24,000 bases of DNA from an uncultured Nitrososphaeria archaeon (lineage in GTDB: Archaea; Thermoproteota; Nitrososphaeria_A; Caldarchaeales; Calditenuaceae), in the NCBI GenBank assembly GCA_964440295.1, contig CAYTRT010000017.1:1-24000 (forward strand), written 5' to 3'. The number at the start of each line of letters is the position of its first letter. The stretch's first letter is position 1. Below are positions 17,448 to 24,000 of the stretch, one piece after another. Under the pieces are notes generated by a model. The model was not told the DNA's origin, searched no databases, and saw only the letters and a program-made list of their open reading frames with translations. The position numbers were made by a program, and so were the translations under genes.

Positions 17448-19325
17448 TTGACGATTAAACGGGTCTTTGAAGAGGCGAGGCTCCTACTAGAAAAGGCTGG
17501 GTATCCGGAGGCTAGGGTCGATCTTCCAAAGTCTCCTGAGTTCGGCGAGGCATACTCTCCCATACCTTTCGAGATAGCTGGCAAGACTGGAGAAAACCCG
17601 CTGAAGCTAGCTGAAAAAATCAAGTCTAGCATAGGCTCCTCAGAGCTAATTGAGTCGGTTGAAGTTGCGCCTCCAGGATATCTCAATTTCCGGGTCAATT
17701 GGAGAATATTTGCTGAACTGACAGTCGGAGAAGTAATCAGGCTAGGCCAGCGATATGCCTTCAACGACATAGGTAGAGGTGAACGCGTACTCATTGAGCA
17801 TACGAGCGTAAATCCAAACAAGGCTCTCCATATTGGACATGCTAGAAATGTCTGCATAGGCGACCTGTTGGCCAGGCTATACTCGAAGACAGGACACAGC
17901 GTCGTAGTCCTAAACTACATAGATGACAGCGGAGCCCAGATGGCTGAGCTCCTGCTCGGATTCATAGAGCTCGGATATAGTGAAGAGGCGCCGCCGGGCA
18001 TGCGTTTCGACGAGTACTGCGGAGACATAGTATACGTAGAGGTTAATAGAAGAGCAGAGAGAGACCCAGCGATAGACACCAAGCGGCGCGAACTGGCCAG
18101 GCAGATCGAGATACGTGGCTCAGAAGCATTTAGAAAGGCAAGAACAATCGCAGACAGAGTGTTGAGGGACCAGTTAAGAACTTGTGCTAGGCTAGGAGCT
18201 AGGTATGATCTTCTATGCAGGGAGAGCGATGTAATCACATTCAACCTGTGGAACGAGGCATTTAGTCGTCTTAAGGAGTCTGGGGTACTCTACGTTGCTG
18301 AGAAGGGCGCCAAGAGTGGATGCTGGTGTATAGATCTCTCCGGGCATGAAGTCCTCTCAAAGGAGGGTGACGAAGTTCTCGTAAAGAGCGATGGCGGAAC
18401 TACTTATGTAGCTAGAGACATTGGTTTCGCGATATGGAAGCTCGGCGAGTCCTCGGCAGATTTTAGGTATTCATTGTGGGGGAAGAATCCGGACGGGACG
18501 GATATACTGATAACTGACCTTGAGGGAGATAGAACTTTTGACAGGGGCCGCCCCAGGCTAGTCATAACAGTAATAGACTCTAGGCAGAAGAGGCCTCAAT
18601 CTGTAATTAAGTATGCATTATCAAAGATTGGAATAGATCCCGCCAGGTATGTTCACTTCTCATATGAACCAGTGACTCTGAGTTCTCGGTCTGCTAGGAT
18701 GCTTGGAATGACTACCGAGGCAAAACAGGTCCACATGAGTGGACGGAAGGGCATTTACTTTAAGGTAGACGAGGTCCTAGATAGACTGAAAGAACTCGCA
18801 ATGTCGGAGACAGCCAAGAGGCATCCAGATTGGAGTAGAGAAAAATTAGAAAAAGTATCTGAGGCAATCGCGGTAGCGTCGCTGAGGTACTCAATACTAA
18901 AGGCGGACACAGACAAGACGGTTATGTTTGACATTGAGGAGTCGTCAAGAATAGAGGGCGATACAGGCCCCTACATTCTATACTCAGTTGCGAGGGCATA
19001 CAGAATATTGGAGAAAGCATCAGAGGCCGGGATATCGCTAAACCTGAATCCGCCGAGCAGACTCGAGCGGCATGAAAAAGAATTGATCAGGTCGATCTCT
19101 CATCTGCCGCTCATCGTCGAGGAGACCTTGGAGACGTTGCTGATTAAAAAACTCGTCATACATTCAAGACAACTAGCAATGAGGTTCAACGACTTCTACG
19201 AGAACTGTCCCGTGATAGACTCCGGCGAACTGGCGGGATTCAGGCTTGCCCTAGTTAAGTCATATATCCAGTCTCAGTCTGGATTACTAGAAGTGATAGG
19301 TCTTCCCATACTGGTAGAGATGTAA
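17448..19325 (+). CDS. argS: Arginine--tRNA ligase
   Basis: 625-aa ORF with the class I HIGH motif (NPNKALHIGHARN) and an ArgRS N-terminal additional-domain pattern (PEFGEAYSPIPFEIA). It has a DALR-type C-terminal anticodon-binding domain ending in Met. The TTG start has AGGGGG about 8 nt upstream. Confidence 0.92.
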   Translation: MTIKRVFEEARLLLEKAGYPEARVDLPKSPEFGEAYSPIPFEIAGKTGENPLKLAEKIKSSIGSSELIESVEVAPPGYLNFRVNWRIFAELTVGEVIRLGQRYAFNDIGRGERVLIEHTSVNPNKALHIGHARNVCIGDLLARLYSKTGHSVVVLNYIDDSGAQMAELLLGFIELGYSEEAPPGMRFDEYCGDIVYVEVNRRAERDPAIDTKRRELARQIEIRGSEAFRKARTIADRVLRDQLRTCARLGARYDLLCRESDVITFNLWNEAFSRLKESGVLYVAEKGAKSGCWCIDLSGHEVLSKEGDEVLVKSDGGTTYVARDIGFAIWKLGESSADFRYSLWGKNPDGTDILITDLEGDRTFDRGRPRLVITVIDSRQKRPQSVIKYALSKIGIDPARYVHFSYEPVTLSSRSARMLGMTTEAKQVHMSGRKGIYFKVDEVLDRLKELAMSETAKRHPDWSREKLEKVSEAIAVASLRYSILKADTDKTVMFDIEESSRIEGDTGPYILYSVARAYRILEKASEAGISLNLNPPSRLERHEKELIRSISHLPLIVEETLETLLIKKLVIHSRQLAMRFNDFYENCPVIDSGELAGFRLALVKSYIQSQSGLLEVIGLPILVEM

Positions 19326-19344
19326 ATACTCGCGTAGTGAGTAC

Positions 19345-20112
19345 TTATGGATTGCTGAGCAAGACTTTTGGCAGCTCTAATAGATTGTTTACATATGTCG
19401 TGGACTCGGGTATCTTGTCTCTCCCCAGTCCAGTCCTAATAAGAATGCCCTTCATTCCAACCTTCCTTGCGAGTTCCAGATCAGTCGCCACGTTGTCACC
19501 AACCATCACTGCTTCCTCAGGGGTGACGTTCAGTAGCTCGAGGGCCAGCTCAGCGATGTATTTCTCCGGCTTACCTATGACGATCGGTCTCACTCCAGTT
19601 GAGGTCTCTAGATAAGACACTACGGCGCCAGCGCCGGGAACTGGGCCATCCTCAACCACCAATGCATGATCCCTGTTCGTGGCGATGAAGAGTGCTCCTC
19701 TGACGATGGCACGATGCGCGTCGAGAAGCTTATTATAAGTCAGGTATCTATCACCGCCTACGACCACTACTTCTGCCTGTCTATAGTCACTCACGATTTC
19801 ATGTCCCTGAATGAATAGTTCCTCCACCAATCCTACTTCGCCGACGACGAAAGCCTTCGCTTTATTCATCCTTCGTTTTAAGTAGATTGCCGAAGCCGCT
19901 CCTGAATTTAATACTTCATTCACATTGACGGCTATTCCCATCTCATCGAGTTTGTTGACGATCATTCGTCGTGATACCATTGAGTTATTCGTTAAGAACA
20001 TGATTTTGAATCCCAGTTTTCTGAGTGTTTCTATTCCCTCCTTCGCTCCAGGGGTGGGTTGTGACCCTATGTATACTGTCCCATCAAGGTCGAGTATGAC
20101 GGCTCTATACAT
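19345..20112 (-). CDS. HAD-superfamily hydrolase, subfamily IIA (NagD/PNPase-like sugar phosphatase)
   Basis: 255-aa ORF with HAD motif I (ILDLDGTVY), motif II (LTNNS), and a C-terminal GKP...VGDNVATDL motif. Confidence 0.85.
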   Translation of the reverse strand: MYRAVILDLDGTVYIGSQPTPGAKEGIETLRKLGFKIMFLTNNSMVSRRMIVNKLDEMGIAVNVNEVLNSGAASAIYLKRRMNKAKAFVVGEVGLVEELFIQGHEIVSDYRQAEVVVVGGDRYLTYNKLLDAHRAIVRGALFIATNRDHALVVEDGPVPGAGAVVSYLETSTGVRPIVIGKPEKYIAELALELLNVTPEEAVMVGDNVATDLELARKVGMKGILIRTGLGRDKIPESTTYVNNLLELPKVLLSNP

Positions 20113-20136
20113 CTCTAATCAATCATGGTTCATAGG

Positions 20137-20146
20137 TATAATTTAT
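20137..20146 (-). promoter_or_regulatory. TATA-like box for the HAD hydrolase gene
   Basis: The minus strand reads ATAAATTATA, centred about 29 nt upstream of the ATG at 20112. Confidence 0.4.
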
Positions 20147-20333
20147 GATTATTCACAACATACAATCTAAAACCTGTTATGCGTGATTGTGATATTGTTT
20201 CTCGCTACGTTCTTTAAACAAAACTATGTTTACTTCTATCAAGCTATTCAAAAAGATAAGTCAACTAGCGACGCATCAATACACCGCATTTAAGGTATTT
20301 ATTAATCTCAGATTTAATGATGCTTGAACTGGC

Positions 20334-20852
20334 TTGTTTGACCCACTGATGATTATTGCTTACATCTTTCCAGCGTATGCTACTAATGGAGCGCCCGTTC
20401 TTTTTGTCAGGTTCGTGAAAAATCCCCATCCAATAGATTGTGGCGCATCCTTCATTGACGGTAAAAGACTTTTCGGAGATGGAAAAACGCTGGAAGGACT
20501 AGTCTCAGGACTGGCAGCTGGAATTCTGGCCGGTATAGTCTTATCATCTCTCCAGATTCCTCTTTATCGTGGTCCACTGGAATTTGTCTTGTTATGTGTC
20601 GGAGCAATGCTAGGCGATATCTTGGGCTCCTTCAGCAAGAGGAGGTTTGGAGTCCCGCGTGGCGGGGCTGTGCCGGTCCTCGACCAGCTTGGATTCTTGA
20701 TCCTAAGCCTAGTTACTGCATGGTCAGTCATGGGCCCGCCGGAGTGGGTAGACTCCTCATCGATCATTTTTCTGTTCGTATTGACGTTTTTACTGCATTT
20801 GGGGACAAACGCTGCTGCTTACTTGATTGGACTAAAGGACAAGTGGTACTGA
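20334..20852 (+). CDS. carS: CDP-archaeol synthase (CDP-2,3-bis-O-geranylgeranyl-sn-glycerol synthase)
   Basis: 172-aa ORF with FPAYATNGAP, PIDCGASFIDGKRLFGDGKTLEG, GAMLGDILGSFSKRRFG, LDQLGF and HLGTNAAAYLIGLK. These are the conserved CarS/DUF46 blocks, as in Archaeoglobus CarS. The start is a TTG at 20334, with an in-frame ATG alternative at 20349. Confidence 0.9.
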   Translation: MFDPLMIIAYIFPAYATNGAPVLFVRFVKNPHPIDCGASFIDGKRLFGDGKTLEGLVSGLAAGILAGIVLSSLQIPLYRGPLEFVLLCVGAMLGDILGSFSKRRFGVPRGGAVPVLDQLGFLILSLVTAWSVMGPPEWVDSSSIIFLFVLTFLLHLGTNAAAYLIGLKDKWY

Positions 20853-20880
20853 GAATTACGGAACATTACCGGGAGAAATC

Positions 20881-20890
20881 ATTAAAATTA
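20881..20890 (+). promoter_or_regulatory. TATA-like box for the COG1325-rnp3 unit
   Basis: ATTAAAATTA is centred about 31 nt upstream of the ATG at 20916. Confidence 0.4.
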
Positions 20891-20915
20891 TGCTTCAAGT
20901 AAGCTTAGATACGGA

Positions 20916-21317
20916 ATGCACGAGTTTCAGGTAAAGGTGAGGGCGCTGTGCTCCGCGACAGAGTCGGAGGAAAAAGTGATTATTGCTATGAAGAATGTTC
21001 TTAATCTTGAGAAAGTGCCGGACGCAAGGATAGCGCGTCTGACAGGAGTGTTCGGGGAGCCATTGACCGTCATTGAGATTGAGCTTTCTGGCGAAGACGC
21101 AGCGAGGGCAGCAAGACACATAATTAAGATGCTTGACAAGAGATACATTAGGGATAGAACGGAGAGGGGCAAGACTCACTATACTCTTCATGCTAGAATC
21201 GATAAGCAGACTGCGTATCACGGCGTGATGATGACTAGCGAGAAAGACCCGGTTAAAATAGAGATAAGGTCGGTCACAGACCCCCTGATCATCGCCGAGC
21301 AGGACTTAAATGAGTAA
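20916..21317 (+). CDS. Predicted RNA-binding protein of the COG1325/UPF0201 type (associated with the exosome superoperon)
   Basis: 133-aa ORF. The N-terminal VKVRALCSATESEEKVIIAMKNVL resembles the xPTEDxxKV strand-helix start of this family. IDKQTAYHGV sits near the C-terminus. It lies immediately upstream of Rpp30 and overlaps it by 8 nt, which is the typical context. Confidence 0.6.
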   Translation: MHEFQVKVRALCSATESEEKVIIAMKNVLNLEKVPDARIARLTGVFGEPLTVIEIELSGEDAARAARHIIKMLDKRYIRDRTERGKTHYTLHARIDKQTAYHGVMMTSEKDPVKIEIRSVTDPLIIAEQDLNE

Positions 21318-22002
21318 GCGATTCTTTACCGATGCTTGGATTAGGCCAGCTACCGGTAATGAAGCTGCCGATATGATTAGGCTTGCCGGCGAACTGGGCT
21401 ACAGTGCAGTTGCAGTCGAGGGAAACGAGGAGGTCTTCAAGACGGCGTCTAAGACAGCAACAGATTCAGGATTAGAAGTCTTCAGACGGAGAACGATAAT
21501 GGTTAGCACGAAGAATAGGCTCTATGAAGAATTGGCCAAGCATCGCTGGAGTTATGAGTTGATCTCGGTCAAGAGCAATGAACGAGAGGTAGTGATGGCT
21601 GCTCTTAGAGATATGCGGGTAGACACGGTGATTATGAGTCATTCATCGGCGCCGCTTATTGATCGTCACATAGTGTCCGTTGCTAGCAACTTCGTAGAGG
21701 TAGTGTTGTCCGACCTAATCGAGCATGGCTACGAGGCGTTTTACAGGGTCCTAAGACTCTCTACTTATCTAAAGAAGGATAGAATCAAAATGATAATGAC
21801 TTCGGGGGCTAGTGATTGTCTCGGAGTGAGGGCGCCTATGCAGCTTCCATCCATTTTATTGGCCATGGGTGTGGGGCCAGACAGGGCATTAAAAACTGTT
21901 TCTGGCCCAATCATAGAGTTGCTTAGGCAGAACAGGGCTAAGTTGACTGGCCTACTCGAGCCCACGGGTGTTTGGAGAATTGAAGACCTAGCGAGGAGAT
22001 AA
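21310..22002 (+). CDS. rnp3: Ribonuclease P protein component 3 (Rpp30 homolog)
   Basis: 230-aa ORF of the size expected for the Rpp30 TIM-barrel-like fold. It has IMTSGASDCLGVRAPMQLPSILLAMGV (the family SGA...R.P block). Its position next to Pop5 and the COG1325-like gene supports the call. Confidence 0.75.
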   Translation: MSKRFFTDAWIRPATGNEAADMIRLAGELGYSAVAVEGNEEVFKTASKTATDSGLEVFRRRTIMVSTKNRLYEELAKHRWSYELISVKSNEREVVMAALRDMRVDTVIMSHSSAPLIDRHIVSVASNFVEVVLSDLIEHGYEAFYRVLRLSTYLKKDRIKMIMTSGASDCLGVRAPMQLPSILLAMGVGPDRALKTVSGPIIELLRQNRAKLTGLLEPTGVWRIEDLARR

Positions 22003-22161
22003 AGACTTGAGAAAGGAGGAAAAATAGGGGAGGGGGTTTGGCTAGGCCATCCGTGCAGCATCTAGGAAACCCTAAGGAAACCCCGGCGATTTTCCCTACC
22101 TAAAAATCTGAAAAATAACTCTTTAGGCAAGTCTCTCCTCTCACTCTAGTAGTCTGAGACC

Positions 22162-22467
22162 TTGAAGAATAAGAAGCGGTACATCCTCTGTAGGGTCAGG
22201 TCATCCTCAAGCGGCATTAATGCAGCCACATTACACTCAGCCATCATGAATAAAATATCAGAACTCTACGGCTGGGGTGGAAGAGCAATCGCCGGATTGA
22301 AGGTCTGGCAACATAAGGATAGACAGAACCACTTTATTCTTAGATGTAGCCTTAGGGGCCTACCACAAGTCTTAACCGGCGTGACGTTGCTGACAAATAT
22401 TAATCATGAGAGAGTAGCGATAGATGTCCTAAGAATGTCTGGGACGATTAAGTCCCTCTTACGATAG
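22162..22467 (+). CDS. rnp2: Ribonuclease P protein component 2 (Pop5 homolog)
   Basis: 101-aa ORF with N-terminal KRYILCRV, LYGWGGRAIAGLKV, HFILRCS and a C-terminal RMSGTIKSL (the family SGTIK motif). The TTG start is the first start codon after an in-frame TAG at 22150. Confidence 0.8.
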   Translation: MKNKKRYILCRVRSSSSGINAATLHSAIMNKISELYGWGGRAIAGLKVWQHKDRQNHFILRCSLRGLPQVLTGVTLLTNINHERVAIDVLRMSGTIKSLLR

Positions 22468-23349
22468 TTACTCCTGTGATCTTCCACACTTAGAGCAGAA
22501 GACGCTGCCTTCAGGTATCTCGCCGCCGCAGAACTTGCACCTCGGAGCTGAGTACGCTCCAGCTTCTCTCGCTTTTTCAAAGCGTTTGGCTATAAGAACT
22601 GCTATTTCTAGAAGCACTACTAGTGGTAAGAAAAGTACTGTGTTGCCCACTAGCCAGCCGTCAGGAGTGATGAAGGCTATCAGTATGTAGAGAAGCCCAT
22701 ATACGTACAATCGGTTCTTAGTGAATGTCGATGTACTTATCAGTCCGAATCTTACAAGCAGGACAAATATCGCGGGTGATGTAAATAGCAGCCCCATAAG
22801 GGCAACAGTTGAGAAGACAAGCATGTAGTAATCACCTGCAGTAACGAACGTCTGCTCGGGTGGAATGCCTATGATCCGTGCAAATATCACCATAAACCTA
22901 ACTATGAGTGGGACAACGAAGAAATAGCTGAAAAATGCGCCGACAGCGTAAAGCGATAGGAAGGCGCCCATGAATCCCCAGATAAGCCTCCTTTCATGCG
23001 GGTAAAGAGCTGGATCAACATACATGTAAAACTCGTAGCCAATCACTGGGATCGTGGTTATCAGCGCCATGAGCGCCGCGGCAATGAAGTAAATCTCTAA
23101 GGGAGAGGTCAATGTGCCAGGAATTAGCTTAACTAGTCCCTGCGACATTCCGGCGGCGTGTTCTAAGACAAGTGTGATCATGGGGATATACTCGCCCGAG
23201 ATTATCGAGCCGATCTCGCCTAATGATAAGTTCTTGGGAAAAACTAGCCAAAACAAAAGTGAAGCAATGTAAAAAATTGCAACAACCTTAAGCCTGTCCC
23301 TAAGCTCCATGAGGTGCTCATACAAAGTCATCTCCTTCTGGTCACGCAT
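22468..23349 (-). CDS. tatC: Twin-arginine translocase subunit TatC with a C-terminal zinc-ribbon extension
   Basis: 293-aa ORF. The N-terminus reads LYEHLMELRDRL, followed by six hydrophobic segments. The tail after the last TM is KRFEKAREAGAYSAPRCKFCGGEIPEGSVFCSKCGRSQE. Confidence 0.9.
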   Translation of the reverse strand: MRDQKEMTLYEHLMELRDRLKVVAIFYIASLLFWLVFPKNLSLGEIGSIISGEYIPMITLVLEHAAGMSQGLVKLIPGTLTSPLEIYFIAAALMALITTIPVIGYEFYMYVDPALYPHERRLIWGFMGAFLSLYAVGAFFSYFFVVPLIVRFMVIFARIIGIPPEQTFVTAGDYYMLVFSTVALMGLLFTSPAIFVLLVRFGLISTSTFTKNRLYVYGLLYILIAFITPDGWLVGNTVLFLPLVVLLEIAVLIAKRFEKAREAGAYSAPRCKFCGGEIPEGSVFCSKCGRSQE

Positions 23350-23379
23350 GCATGGTCCCGCTTCTCGATCTAAAATAAT

Positions 23380-23625
23380 TTAGGATTGGCTTTTTAGTTT
23401 TTTATTTATTTCTTCAAGTATTTCTTCCTTTGTTTTTCCCTCCACCTTTATTCCGAGCTTATTTGCAATTGCTATCGTCTCTTCGTCAATCGACTCGCCG
23501 CGTTTCATCTCTCTTCTAAGTTCTCCTAATCCTTTCCCAAACTTCACTAGAGTGTCAGGCTTCAGCAGTATAATCAATATTATTATAAGGATAATGATCC
23601 CTATGAGTTCTATTGGGCTCAGCAT
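23380..23625 (-). CDS. tatA: Twin-arginine translocase subunit TatA/E (copy 2)
   Basis: 81-aa ORF with a single N-terminal TM followed by KPDTLVKFGKGLGELRREMK (the hinge and amphipathic helix). It lies 30 nt upstream of tatC. Confidence 0.8.
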   Translation of the reverse strand: MLSPIELIGIIILIIILIILLKPDTLVKFGKGLGELRREMKRGESIDEETIAIANKLGIKVEGKTKEEILEEINKKLKSQS

Positions 23626-23629
23626 TTTC

Positions 23630-23932
23630 TTAGACCTTCTGCTTTAGCCTAGCGGCTATCTCGTCAGCTATCTGCTCTCTCGTCTTGCCCTCTGTTGAGA
23701 GTCCTAGGCTTCTTGCAACTTCAAGTAGCTGGTCCTCCTGCTTCTTTATTTCTTCACTTATTCCCGTCGTGACGCTTGATATCTGTTGTTCGGCTTCTTT
23801 GCTTGCTTTCTCAAATTCTTTCTTTGCCTGACCTAATGATCTTGCAAGCTTTGGTAGTTTTTCAGGACCCCATAGGAAAAAGACTAGAATTATTACGGCA
23901 ACTATGATCCATTCAAGACCCTGTATTGCCAA
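23630..23932 (-). CDS. tatA: Twin-arginine translocase subunit TatA/E (copy 1)
   Basis: 100-aa ORF with an N-terminal TM followed by WGPEKLPKLARSLGQAKKEFEKA. It has a TTG start. AGGAG abuts the start codon with zero spacing, so the exact start is uncertain. A TATA-like CTTAAATAG lies on the minus strand at about 23967-23977. Confidence 0.8.
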   Translation of the reverse strand: MAIQGLEWIIVAVIILVFFLWGPEKLPKLARSLGQAKKEFEKASKEAEQQISSVTTGISEEIKKQEDQLLEVARSLGLSTEGKTREQIADEIAARLKQKV

Positions 23933-24000
23933 CTCCTTATCCCTGAATTACCGTATTGTCCTATGCACTATTTAAGCGTAGCTTACTCCACTCAACTTCT

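Noticed and set aside
17378-17857. A 159-aa minus-strand ORF spanning the argS 5' region.
   Set aside because: It is antisense to the strongly supported argS gene, including its HIGH motif region. It is Ser/Pro/Leu-rich with no motif and looks like a typical shadow ORF.
20317-20351. ATGATGC ... CTGATGA motifs just before or at the carS start. I considered a C/D-box sRNA.
   Set aside because: The C box is imperfect, the element would be only about half the normal length, and it overlaps the carS start codon region.
22003-22161. A possible 21-22 codon micro-ORF (TTG at about 22038 or GTG at about 22053, ending at TAA about 22101) behind the purine-rich GGAGG/GGGGAGGGGG run.
   Set aside because: It is very short, has a non-ATG start, shows no recognisable peptide features, and I cannot test its conservation. 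It is noted only inside the lower-interest finding on this spacer.

Overview
This looks like an archaeal chromosomal core region. It is densely packed, with 31 supportable CDS and one tRNA cut by the window edge. I found no CRISPR array, transposase, integrase, large repeat, or recognisable defence or toxin gene.

The content is housekeeping:
- Translation: aRF1 with an adjacent Mtq2/PrmC-type glutamine methyltransferase, ArgRS, a DRG-type GTPase, and two deoxyhypusine-synthase (DHS) paralogs.
- Nucleotide metabolism: archaeal UMP kinase, CTP synthase, TatD, Nudix.
- Glycolysis: a gap-pgk operon.
- Cofactors: an Mrp/ApbC-MoaE-MoaD operon.
- Lipids: CDP-archaeol synthase and a GGR-like flavoprotein.
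- RNA processing: a COG1325/UPF0201-like protein plus RNase P Rpp30 and Pop5.
- Tat export: tatA-tatA-tatC.

First genes of transcription units typically have an A/T-rich TATA-like box about 28-30 nt upstream of the start codon, which suggests leaderless mRNAs. Internal operon genes have GGAGG/GGTG Shine-Dalgarno (SD) sequences, often with TTG starts and 1-8 nt overlaps. That pattern and the gene set suggest a TACK/Thermoproteota-like archaeon, but this is inference only.

I do not see a convincing new multi-gene system. The items most worth a second look are:
1. A convergent pair of divergent DHS paralogs whose active-site motifs look complementary.
2. A MoaD/SAMP-like ubiquitin-fold protein whose Gly-Gly is followed by three extra residues.
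3. A bacterial/eukaryotic class I GAPDH coupled to an archaeal-type PGK.
4. An orphan split-NuoJ + NuoK trio just downstream of that operon.
5. Zinc-ribbon decorations on TatC, on a polytopic membrane protein, and inside aRF1.

All family calls rest on motifs I read by eye from the supplied translations. No database search or computation was possible.
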